This document shows, piece after piece, positions 1 to 8,447 of a DNA stretch of 64,000 bases. The translations under genes were made by a program, and so were the position numbers. Positions within the stretch are counted from its first letter, which is position 1, and every line of letters starts with the position of its first letter. The notes under the pieces were generated by a model. It searched no databases and was not told where the DNA came from. It saw only the letters and a program-made list of their open reading frames with translations. Source of the stretch: Candidatus Bathyarchaeia archaeon (GTDB lineage Archaea > Thermoproteota > Bathyarchaeia > Bathyarchaeales > Bathycorpusculaceae); assembly GCA_049515895.1 (NCBI GenBank), contig JBEKTQ010000013.1, forward strand, positions 1 through 64,000, in the 5' to 3' direction.

Positions 1-783
1 GTTGGTTCCGGAGTAGTATACCTGGTCACCACCGAACACACTGAGGAAACACCGATTTTCAAGGGTGCATTAGCACGTGCTATCAATGCAACAACAGGGC
101 AACAAATCTGGACTCTTTCGGATTACACAGGCGAATTCTTGACTAGTAGCTACGCCATGGCAGACGGCTACAACACCTGGTTCAACGGCTACGACAACCA
201 AGTCTACAGTGTTGGTCGGGGGCCGTCCGCTACTACGGTGCAGGCGCCATTGACGGCTGTCTCAGCAGGCAACAGCGTGGTTATACAGGGCACGGTGATG
301 GATGTTTCAGCTGGTGCGCAACAATCGGAACAGAAGGCAGACTTTCCAAATGGTGTTCCAGTTTGCTCTGATGCTAGCATGACGGCTTGGATGGGCTACG
401 TTTACCAGCAGCAACCAGAACCAACCAACTTCACAGGCGTTACGGTGACGTTGACCGCTATTGATCCGAACGGCAATTACATCACCCTCGGCCAAGCTAC
501 AACCGATGCAACAGGCCATTTCATTTACTCGTGGCAGACTCCGCCAGTCCCAGGCAAATACACCATCACAGCAACTTCTGCTGGCACCAACGGTTACTGG
601 GGATCAAGCGATGAAACCGGGATGATCGTACAAAACGCACAGGCGACACTAGCACCAACAGCAACACCGCTCACTGGCTTAGCCTCAAACACAACAGTCG
701 AATACGGAATCGTAGCAATTGCTATCATCATAATCGTCATCGGCGCAGTACTCGCATTACTCGTGACAAGAAAACGACCATAA
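1..783 (+). CDS. 5'-truncated membrane-anchored surface protein (PQQ-like beta-propeller repeats, Ig-like domain, C-terminal TM anchor)
   Basis: Frame is open from base 1 (VGSGVVYLVTTEHTEETPIFKGALARAINATTGQQIW, a PQQ-type repeat). Ends in a Thr/Pro linker, hydrophobic helix and KRP tail. Confidence 0.75.
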   Translation, partial: VGSGVVYLVTTEHTEETPIFKGALARAINATTGQQIWTLSDYTGEFLTSSYAMADGYNTWFNGYDNQVYSVGRGPSATTVQAPLTAVSAGNSVVIQGTVMDVSAGAQQSEQKADFPNGVPVCSDASMTAWMGYVYQQQPEPTNFTGVTVTLTAIDPNGNYITLGQATTDATGHFIYSWQTPPVPGKYTITATSAGTNGYWGSSDETGMIVQNAQATLAPTATPLTGLASNTTVEYGIVAIAIIIIVIGAVLALLVTRKRP

Positions 784-802
784 ACTAAAATGCCTAACCA
801 CA

Positions 803-820
803 ATTTCTTTCCCCTTTTTT
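803..820 (+). terminator. T-rich archaeal terminator candidate
   Basis: atttctttcccctttttt about 20 nt after the stop codon. Confidence 0.45.
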
Positions 821-981
821 AGTCCTTAATAAACTATAATAAGAGCTGAAAATAGAAATGGCTGAGAAGGCTCTGGTTAAATTCAAAATAGCTGCAATTG
901 AAGAATTGGCATTTTCTTTTTTCTCCTAAAGAAAAGAAATTTTCTTCCTTAATTTCCAGAGCCTCAGCAAACCCACATTCT

Positions 982-1104
982 TCAAAACTGATTGCTTATT
1001 CTTGGAATCCAATCTTTCCTTTCATGCCTAAGATACTTCGCAAACAAGAAAGCCTCTTCACCAATCAATGTATCAATCATTTGCCGGTATACTCCAACCG
1101 CGGT
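982..1104 (-). pseudogene. Possible remnant of the C-terminus of a solo/casposon-type Cas1
   Basis: Minus strand reads TAVGVYRQMIDTLIGEEAFLFAKYLRHERKDWIPRISNQF*. This resembles, from memory only, the RQxIxTLIxEEAxLxAKYLRxExxxWxPRI tail of archaeal solo Cas1. In-frame TAG lies just upstream. Confidence 0.45.
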
Positions 1105-1285
1105 CTACCGTACAACCTTACGCAAAGCGGGGCTAACCTTACCTTATTAAGACCGGTGAATGACGGGTCTAATCATAAAAATTGAGGCCGCTCGCTTTAC
1201 TTTTATTGGAGATTTAAAAAACTTCTTGCAGCGCGGGGTAAATATTAAATTTAAATTTAGATAATGAGAACTTGAGAGGAATTGA

Positions 1286-1495
1286 ATGAGGTATGTGGTC
1301 AGTGAAGATTTACAAACAAACTCTAGTGATTATCCAGTGAAAATTCATAAAGTCACTTCCAAATGGTACAAGAACAGAAAACTTGATGCGAAAACAATGA
1401 GGTGGACTCATATATTTGAAACCTCTGAAGAAGCAGAGTTATTTGCAAGGAGTACCGGAAGAAACTGGAAATGGGCAAGAGGCGCAAAGCCTTAG
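1286..1495 (+). CDS. Small hypothetical protein of the element
   Basis: 69 aa ORF with GAGG SD and AT-rich promoter-like sequence upstream. Confidence 0.55.
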   Translation: MRYVVSEDLQTNSSDYPVKIHKVTSKWYKNRKLDAKTMRWTHIFETSEEAELFARSTGRNWKWARGAKP

Positions 1496-1544
1496 CTTAA
1501 GTTCTCTGCGGATTCATGCTTGCATTTTCTATGAGTTTTCCACT

Positions 1545-1738
1545 TGTTCCCCCTGACAACCCGTTAACAGCGGGGCGGGCCCCCCTTCAAGACTATCCCC
1601 CGCGGGGGGATTGGCGACCAACCCTGGAATGAGCCGAGAATAATAATAATAATATTCTAATCCCTACCCCTCTCTTTTATTAGTATTAAATTAATTCTAA
1701 TAAAAACAGTAAAAAAATATTAGAATATTATTATTATT
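1545..1738. other. Putative replication origin of the element
   Basis: GC-rich hairpins (e.g. atcccccgcgggggga), then a 20-bp inverted repeat aataataataatattctaat (1642-1661) / attagaatattattattatt (1719-1738) around an AT-rich spacer, abutting the helicase-like gene end. Confidence 0.45.
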
Positions 1739-3074
1739 TTTCTCCGAGATATTCCTTTCCTTCCTTCGTCAATTTGTAAACCTGTGGAAAGCTGCCTCTT
1801 GCAGGCTTGAACCGTTTGAGTTCTTCAATTGTAAATTTACCCTGTTTATCTCCATCAGTGATTACCTCCAAATATTTCCCTCTAACAGCCATGGCTAACA
1901 CATCAGCTATTTGCATTAGACTTGGCAGATCGAAGTGAGCACTGATCTCCGACATAGTGCACAAGCCACCATGATCAGAGGCAAATCGCAGGAAATCTTC
2001 TTTGTCATATTTGCTGCTCTTTGACCTTAATTGATCTCTGCTTTCCCTTCGAAGATTGCTCCACCACTCCATAACATTTCTCCGATGTTTCTCAAAGATT
2101 CCAAGGTCATTAATTGCTTCTTGCATGTCTTTTCCTTCAATAGTTAGCATATTCTTTTTGTCAAAGTTGTTTCTCAAAGCGGCATAGATAGCAGCAAGTT
2201 TCAATGCTTTCATTGGTAATTTGATTATGAAGGAGCCATCGAATTTTCCTTTACTATTCCGTGCCCTGGTATCACAATTAAATTTGTAATCAGCCCAAAT
2301 TTTGGCTGCATCATCACGCATCATAACAGTTGGAAATGGCAGGTTGGTAAGATAGTTCATGTAGTTGATGATTTTCTGCTTCAGCTTCTGCCATTCTTCG
2401 TTTACTAGCTGTGGAAGAAAGAAAGTTTTATAATCAATTTTTATGACTTCTGGCGGGTCATCACAAACCCACAAAATTTTGTTGCCCAGACCTTGCATGA
2501 AGAACTCATCTTCCATTTTTGCTAAGAAAGTCTCCGTTGAAGCAGAAAATAGCACAAGATAGTAAAATTTGCCCCCTTCCAAACCGTAGGTTCTGGTTCT
2601 ATAACTTTCAATGTAGCAGTCATCTAATTCAGATAAAAATTCTAATGTATCTGACATGGTTTTTATTGTTGTTTCTTTGAAAAGTCTGCTCATCTCATCC
2701 CTAATTATGATACCTGCATCATGTGGCGGTATAGGCTCTCCTTCTTCACCCTTCTTTCTTTGCCTACCTGTGGCATATTCAGTAAAGCCTTGTGTAGTGA
2801 ATTTTACGGGTGCAGCCATTTCCTTGTCCCAATCATTGATCACTTCTCGCATTCTTTTTATGATTGGTGTCTTGCAAGCCAACCCAGATTTACCGATGTA
2901 AATGATGTCTAAGTTTGCATATAACTCTCCCATTTCATCTTCAAAATGGAGATTTTTCAAAGCAATTGAACCCAGAGAAATCTCAACTGATTTGGCAGCC
3001 ATTGGTGGAATTGGGTAATGCTTACAGAAAAAATTTTGAACTTCTCCTTTTATGCCTTTATTTGGTTCACTCAT
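1734..3074 (-). CDS. DUF3987/MCM-like AAA+ ATPase, putative replicative helicase with C-terminal winged helix
   Basis: Walker A-like IYIGKSGLACKT, Walker B IIIRDE, C-terminal YKLTKEGKEYL wing motif. Confidence 0.65.
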   Translation of the reverse strand: MSEPNKGIKGEVQNFFCKHYPIPPMAAKSVEISLGSIALKNLHFEDEMGELYANLDIIYIGKSGLACKTPIIKRMREVINDWDKEMAAPVKFTTQGFTEYATGRQRKKGEEGEPIPPHDAGIIIRDEMSRLFKETTIKTMSDTLEFLSELDDCYIESYRTRTYGLEGGKFYYLVLFSASTETFLAKMEDEFFMQGLGNKILWVCDDPPEVIKIDYKTFFLPQLVNEEWQKLKQKIINYMNYLTNLPFPTVMMRDDAAKIWADYKFNCDTRARNSKGKFDGSFIIKLPMKALKLAAIYAALRNNFDKKNMLTIEGKDMQEAINDLGIFEKHRRNVMEWWSNLRRESRDQLRSKSSKYDKEDFLRFASDHGGLCTMSEISAHFDLPSLMQIADVLAMAVRGKYLEVITDGDKQGKFTIEELKRFKPARGSFPQVYKLTKEGKEYLGEK

Positions 3075-3226
3075 AGCGCTTTCACTTCCACCTTCACGTT
3101 TTTAGGGCATGTTCTAGGTGTCTTTTCCAACTTGCAGCCTGTCCAGTCACGATCTTCATTGAATTTGTATTTTCCCCACTCGTAATAGCCCCATTCCTCA
3201 CAATCTAAGCATTTAGCATTAGGCAT
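3071..3226 (-). CDS. Small Cys-rich (Zn-finger-like) protein
   Basis: MPNAKCLDC...GC...TCP; overlaps both neighbours (coupled). Confidence 0.55.
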   Translation of the reverse strand: MPNAKCLDCEEWGYYEWGKYKFNEDRDWTGCKLEKTPRTCPKNVKVEVKAL

Positions 3227-3521
3227 TGGGTTTGACCTTCCATACTTCAACAGGTTTGTTAGGTTCAGATGTTTCGATAAAGGCTGTGCCATCCTCTCTT
3301 ACCACTGGAACGCCGTAATAATGTTCAACTTTGATAATTCTACCTTGCCGAATTAGCCAAGTGTAATTATGCACGATTGCATCATCACAGTGCATCCAGC
3401 CACGTTTAGCCATCTCGAATTTTATGTCCCTAAAACGCTTTCCTGTGCCTTTGTATTCCTCAAGAATGGAGAAGATATGTTCCGCAACAATTCTGTCGCC
3501 TTTTCGCATTTTTATCACCAT
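3219..3521 (-). CDS. Small winged-helix DNA-binding protein (putative copy-number/repressor protein)
   Basis: IFSILEE...RFRDIK...WLIRQGRIIK wHTH pattern; first gene of the rep operon. Confidence 0.55.
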   Translation of the reverse strand: MVIKMRKGDRIVAEHIFSILEEYKGTGKRFRDIKFEMAKRGWMHCDDAIVHNYTWLIRQGRIIKVEHYYGVPVVREDGTAFIETSEPNKPVEVWKVKPNA

Positions 3522-3600
3522 TCCATTTTTTACGGTGATTCACTATATAACATCTTTGTCTGGTGTGTTTGAATAAAACAGAAAACATATTGAAAATGTC

Positions 3601-3645
3601 GTTATTTAAAAAATTTTAAACAAAATATTGTTATTTAAAAAATTT
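3601..3645. promoter_or_regulatory. 16-bp direct repeat in the divergent promoter region
   Basis: gttatttaaaaaattt at 3601-3616 and 3630-3645. Confidence 0.55.
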
Positions 3646-3766
3646 GAAATAAGAAAATGCAAAGTAATAAATACTCGTATCGCTGATAGTAGTTCAAGCA
3701 CGCATTAGCTATCCCATAAAAAATTCGATGTGAGGTAGCAACTCAAAAAATAGAAGAGGAAAATGA

Positions 3767-4597
3767 ATGGTAAAGCTCATTATGCCACCCAGCTACTTAC
3801 GAAAATTTTTCAATAATGCAATGCCGCTTAAGGAACAAACAGCATGCTCCATAAGGTTCACCCCCGTGAATGCTCAAATTAATTTTACTTTTCATTCGGA
3901 CGAAATAGCGATTCTTGCAAAGTATCCCCAACCATATTTTTGGGATTACGAAAGTGATAACGATGAGTGTTTCTTCATAAATCACTGGTTTCTTAAAATT
4001 CTATCACATCCACGCGCTTTTAAACATGATGAGATTGTTAGTTTTTGGACTGATTCAGATTCACAACATGCCTATATTGTTGGGGAAAAGCGTGGTGAAA
4101 AATTTGAGTCTTTACTTATCCCCGCACACGCTGAAGAAGTCCAATTTTGTAAACAGCCAATTATGCAAGAAGAAGGATTGATGCCTACCCTTAAAGGAGG
4201 AGAAGTATTAGCCTTTAATGTTCATGCTCGGCTTACTGTTGAAAAGCTGATTAAGGCACTACCTATGGACGACGGTAAAAACGACAAGGCTGGTTTGAGT
4301 TGGGATGGAAAAACATTAGAATTGACAAAAACCGGCGCTGGTTCTGGCATTTGGCAAACAACCTTACAACCGGCTTCATTTTCCGTTCAAGGTGAGCCTA
4401 TAGGTGTCTGTTTTGATGGAAAAATCCTTCGATTTCTGGCGAAACAATTTGTTGGCGAAGTATGGCTTGGTATCGCTAAGAATGCGGTGGTGATCAGTCA
4501 GGATGCACACATGCATAGGGTCCACCATTACGATGTGGAAGATGACTTCAGTTTAACTTATGTGCTATTAGCGGAACCTGTGGATGATGAGTTATGA
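3767..4597 (+). CDS. Divergent PCNA-like DNA sliding clamp
   Basis: 276 aa. Segments SIRFTPVNAQI / AKYPQPYFWDYESDND / FFINHWFLKIL, VCFDGKILRFLAKQFVGEVWLGI and C-terminal LTYVLLAEP parallel the archaeal PCNA pattern. Confidence 0.6.
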   Translation: MVKLIMPPSYLRKFFNNAMPLKEQTACSIRFTPVNAQINFTFHSDEIAILAKYPQPYFWDYESDNDECFFINHWFLKILSHPRAFKHDEIVSFWTDSDSQHAYIVGEKRGEKFESLLIPAHAEEVQFCKQPIMQEEGLMPTLKGGEVLAFNVHARLTVEKLIKALPMDDGKNDKAGLSWDGKTLELTKTGAGSGIWQTTLQPASFSVQGEPIGVCFDGKILRFLAKQFVGEVWLGIAKNAVVISQDAHMHRVHHYDVEDDFSLTYVLLAEPVDDEL

Positions 4598-5355
4598 GTA
4601 GTGAAGATGACTTTAATTTAAAAGAATCCAAATTTATTGGTGAACTTTACCCGGTTCTGAAGGATGCAAGGGGCAATATCATTGATGGCAATCATAGATT
4701 GCAAGCTGATCCAAATTGGGAAGCACGGATTGTCCCAAATGTAATCAATGATGAAACATTGATAATAGCAAGATTAGTGGCAAATTGGCAAAGGCGACAG
4801 GTGACGCCACAGGAGAAAGCTGAATGGATTAATGGTCTTGCAGAAATCTACCAACAAGAAGGTTATAAGACCCTTATAAGTGGAAACGAGATTGTCAAGA
4901 AAATTGTTGAAGTTACAGGGCTTTCACAACCCACTGTTAATGTATATCTTGACGACAAGTACAAAGTTTTCACTGATAAGGATAGGATAAGAAAACCTGA
5001 AATTTCGGCTCATGAACGGATACGGCGCAAATTTGGTGATGAATTTGCGAAACGAAACGAGCAAGAAGTCAAGGGGCAATTAGTCGATGGAACTCTCACT
5101 AAAATACTTAATAAGGTACCTGACACAGAAGAACAGTTATATTTTGTGTCACCTGTACCACTTGCTGAAATTCCAAAAATAACCGCGCAACGTAATGTAG
5201 AGAGTATTTGCAATCCACTGGAAAATTTTGTTAATTTAGATGTTAACATTTTAACTAGTCTTGATAGTGAACAAAAAGAGAAAGTGTTGGATGTGCTCTT
5301 GAAAAGTCGCGCTAAGATAGATGAAATGGTTAAGGCTATCCAAGACAATAGGTGA
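4594..5355 (+). CDS. ParB/Srx N-terminal domain protein with HTH
   Basis: LYPVLKDARGNIIDGNHRL motif, ANWQRRQV, HTH GLSQPTVNVYL; ATGA-coupled to the PCNA-like gene. Confidence 0.8.
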   Translation: MSSEDDFNLKESKFIGELYPVLKDARGNIIDGNHRLQADPNWEARIVPNVINDETLIIARLVANWQRRQVTPQEKAEWINGLAEIYQQEGYKTLISGNEIVKKIVEVTGLSQPTVNVYLDDKYKVFTDKDRIRKPEISAHERIRRKFGDEFAKRNEQEVKGQLVDGTLTKILNKVPDTEEQLYFVSPVPLAEIPKITAQRNVESICNPLENFVNLDVNILTSLDSEQKEKVLDVLLKSRAKIDEMVKAIQDNR

Positions 5356-5382
5356 CCTATAAAACTCAAAAGAATGAAAAAA

Positions 5383-5886
5383 TTAGGCTGATTGCTTAGC
5401 GTGTGTGTGCGGTTCCTTATTCAATAATTGCCTACACTTCTCGGTTATCCCATCATGAATCTCGGGTCTGGCAAATAGAAGCCATGTAATATACAGAGCT
5501 AAAATCTCCACGACTTCTTCCTCATTCTCAAATTGATGTCCTTTTCGTTTCTTACTTGGAGTCCAACGCCACGTCCGATGCAATATCTCGTGAAGGTAAG
5601 TAAAATTGTGCTGAAATTCAAATGCAATTTCTGGACACTCCAAAGTATTTTCAATTATGAAATCCTTGGTGTCTTCTAACACATTTTTGAGATAAATTTG
5701 AATATGAGATGTAGGTGATACACAACCCATCATTTTTTCGTCAAGCTCATGAATTTCAGAAAGCTCCTTTTCATGAAGACCAGGAAGCATTAGCCCCAAA
5801 ATTTTTATGTGTTTAAAAGATGGCGGGCAGAAAGGTTTGTCAGGATAGATCGGGCTCAAATCATCACTCATTCTATGATCCTTCAT
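5383..5886 (-). CDS. HExxH metallopeptidase-like protein (ImmA/IrrE-like)
   Basis: YLHEILH followed by EEEVVE; directly downstream of the integrase. Confidence 0.55.
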   Translation of the reverse strand: MKDHRMSDDLSPIYPDKPFCPPSFKHIKILGLMLPGLHEKELSEIHELDEKMMGCVSPTSHIQIYLKNVLEDTKDFIIENTLECPEIAFEFQHNFTYLHEILHRTWRWTPSKKRKGHQFENEEEVVEILALYITWLLFARPEIHDGITEKCRQLLNKEPHTHAKQSA

Positions 5887-5899
5887 TCCATCTTACCTT

Positions 5900-7165
5900 C
5901 TATGCTGATTGCTTGTCGTCAATAAATGGAGTTGATTTTTTGTCTTCCTCTGTCTGTTGGGCAAATAGCCGTCTGTTGCTGTCCTGCATCCACTTTGCAA
6001 ATTCTTCAAAAGACATGTCCGTCATTTTCATGAAAATTTCCTCATGCATCTTGACCCGCTGTTCAAGAGACTCCACTTTTGCTTTGTATGCCTTAACATC
6101 AGACTCCAACACATCCGACAGGAAACTTTTTCCTTTTGCTGCTTCAGTCATTTCCTCGCGGCTGGTTTTCTCAATTTTTAGGTATTGCTCCGCGGTCATA
6201 TACAACTCGCACATCTCTTCATCAGGCATTTCCAGGTATGCCTTGGCGACTGCGGGGACTACATGCCCCATCCAAAACTCCCTCAGGTTTTCATCAACTT
6301 TGTTTATGAGTCGGCTGTTAAATCCTGCTCTAAATGAGTGTGGTCGTGCAGCATTATAAGCGTCCTTTTGTTGCTTGATGAAAGGCAATTTTTTGGCTAT
6401 TTCGCTAAAACTTTGCTCGATGATTTCAGGGGTGATTCTCCAACCGTCGCCTCTGTCCCTTTCCTTCGCAAACAACGGGTCTACGGGTGACAACTTGCCT
6501 CTTGTTTCCAGGTACATCTTCAAATACTTGACGGCATCCCGACCGAAGAATGATTTAAAATGGACATCGGTCTTTTTCCTAATCAATTCGAGACTGATAG
6601 GCAGGACTCCCGCTTCAAGTTGATCTTGTACATCACCGAAGTTTAACTCACAAATTTCATTCACACCCAACCCACTCTGAAAGATGCAAAGGGCAATTGC
6701 CTTATCCCGGTAAGATGACGCTGCGTCCACAAATTGTTTGACTTGCTCAATTTTCCACTTATGTTTACCGTTTTCTTTCTTTCCGTTTGCTGCGGGTACC
6801 TTGATGAAGCTTGATGAAATTGGGATGTGCTTCCATTTCAAAAGATTTTGCATTGATGCAAAATACAGCCTGATTACGTTGGCTGATAATGGCTCTTTTT
6901 TCCGGGTTTTCTGTTGTTTGAGCCAATTGATGTAGTCGGTGAGTTCAATGTCCACTAGGTTTTCTTGTTGATCAATTGGTTTCTTCAGGTCATCATAGAT
7001 CCGCTTAAAAAAATGTCCAAAGTTTGCATCCTTGCCATACTTGTGTTGATAAAAAGTCAGGAATTTTGTATATCCTGACGCATAAACCTGACCTGTTGCT
7101 TTACCCTTTAAAATCAAAAATCTTTCAATTTCATCCTCAAATTTGTCTCTTACTCCCTTAAACAT
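5900..7165 (-). CDS. Tyrosine recombinase/integrase
   Basis: RDKAIALCIFQSGLGVNEI, K (RKKT), PHSFR, WMGH, KAY catalytic-type motifs. Confidence 0.9.
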   Translation of the reverse strand: MFKGVRDKFEDEIERFLILKGKATGQVYASGYTKFLTFYQHKYGKDANFGHFFKRIYDDLKKPIDQQENLVDIELTDYINWLKQQKTRKKEPLSANVIRLYFASMQNLLKWKHIPISSSFIKVPAANGKKENGKHKWKIEQVKQFVDAASSYRDKAIALCIFQSGLGVNEICELNFGDVQDQLEAGVLPISLELIRKKTDVHFKSFFGRDAVKYLKMYLETRGKLSPVDPLFAKERDRGDGWRITPEIIEQSFSEIAKKLPFIKQQKDAYNAARPHSFRAGFNSRLINKVDENLREFWMGHVVPAVAKAYLEMPDEEMCELYMTAEQYLKIEKTSREEMTEAAKGKSFLSDVLESDVKAYKAKVESLEQRVKMHEEIFMKMTDMSFEEFAKWMQDSNRRLFAQQTEEDKKSTPFIDDKQSA

Positions 7166-7241
7166 CTCCCATCACCTAAGACCTATATCTTGGGTGACTT
7201 AAATAAGGATTATGGGATATAACTTAAGTAAAACATATTTA

Positions 7242-7838
7242 TCACTTCGTCACCTGAGCAGATATAGAACCTTTCTTAATCGTCTTCAAAACTGCTTCGA
7301 TGTTAAGCGAGCAATCAATTATTGTGTTGACGCTGAATAACTCTGACACTTGATGTGCATCGCTTCCCGCTGTACCTGGCAAATCCATGCTTTTCGCAAG
7401 TGCCTTAGCTTCACTGTTCGCCTGAGCCGACGAATTTCCGTTGAGAACCTCAACAGCATCAAAATTGTAGTTTCTCGCCAAATCCCCCATGCCGTACACT
7501 CGGAAGGGATGAGCCACAGATGTTACTGCACCGATGCTTTTCGCGTAATCAACCACGCATTCGGGACTCCAAGGTTTAGGCGGCAACTGCTCCGTACCCA
7601 AAACCAAAACGTCACCGTACTCAGTGGTGATCTCAGCGCCTGGAATAATCAGTACGTCAGGGTAAGCTTTAGCCAACTCAACCGTAGCTTTGACACCTCT
7701 AACGCTGTCATGGTCGGTAACCGCTGCAACTTTTATGAAGCTGTGCGCAGAAAGCATCTCAACTAGAGTTTTAGGTTGAATAAGGGAGTCAGAAGAGTAA
7801 ACAGTGTGAATATGAAGGTCGGCGCATAGAGGTCTTAT
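7242..7838 (-). CDS. PHP-domain metal-dependent phosphoesterase (probable ATA start)
   Basis: ADLHIHTVYSSDS lies upstream of the called ATG; also TDHD, AHP and GSDAH motifs. Confidence 0.85.
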   Translation of the reverse strand: MRPLCADLHIHTVYSSDSLIQPKTLVEMLSAHSFIKVAAVTDHDSVRGVKATVELAKAYPDVLIIPGAEITTEYGDVLVLGTEQLPPKPWSPECVVDYAKSIGAVTSVAHPFRVYGMGDLARNYNFDAVEVLNGNSSAQANSEAKALAKSMDLPGTAGSDAHQVSELFSVNTIIDCSLNIEAVLKTIKKGSISAQVTK

Positions 7839-8447
7839 AAAGAAACCCCCTTTAGCATTCTAGGAATTATTATTACGTTCATCTCGGGGGTTAAAGGTCC
7901 ATCGTTGTAAAAAGCCTTACTTACACAGCGATAAAATTAAATGCTAAATGCTTCAGATTAAGACGCCGCTCGTTTCAAATAAAAAAAGACAACCGCTGAA
8001 AGTTACGCGAACAAGATTTTGCTAATTTAGCCTACTGGCCTTCGCTAATTGACTCATGTTATTGGAAACTTGGTAAATCCTGCTTCTCAAAAAAGCTTAT
8101 TTCAAAAGCAAGGGCATATTTCAAGCGAGGAGACCGGAGAAGAGTTAATCACGCTCTCAAAATTAGACCAAAAAATCGGACAGCCGGAGAGCACCTAAAA
8201 ATGAAAAGTCAACATGAATTAATCAAGGAAGGCAAAACAAGTTTTTGCGGTGGAATCTACAACCATTATCGTAACCAAAGCACAGGGCGAAGGGAAGGGA
8301 GCGAAGTAAAATGAAACTTTCCAAGAAACAATTTAAGACAAAGCAACAAGCAATCCTCAATCTCGAAGCCTAACGCGTGTGATTTAGTCCTGCTTCCGTT
8401 CCGATAAATCGGTTAGCCTCGCTGGTCAACACAGGAGTTCGGTCTAT

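Larger units (their letters stand above)
980..7200. mobile_element. Integrated plasmid/provirus-like element (boundaries approximate, att sites not found)
   Basis: Tyrosine integrase, ParB-like, PCNA-like, helicase-like, HTH and Zn-finger genes clustered in AT-richer DNA between host genes. Confidence 0.75.

Noticed and set aside
898-1185. 95-aa plus-strand ORF
   Set aside because: No motif; the opposite strand carries the more protein-like Cas1-tail-like sequence
783-7242. attL/attR direct repeats or a dif-like site bounding the element
   Set aside because: No convincing shared repeat was found by eye at the two flanks
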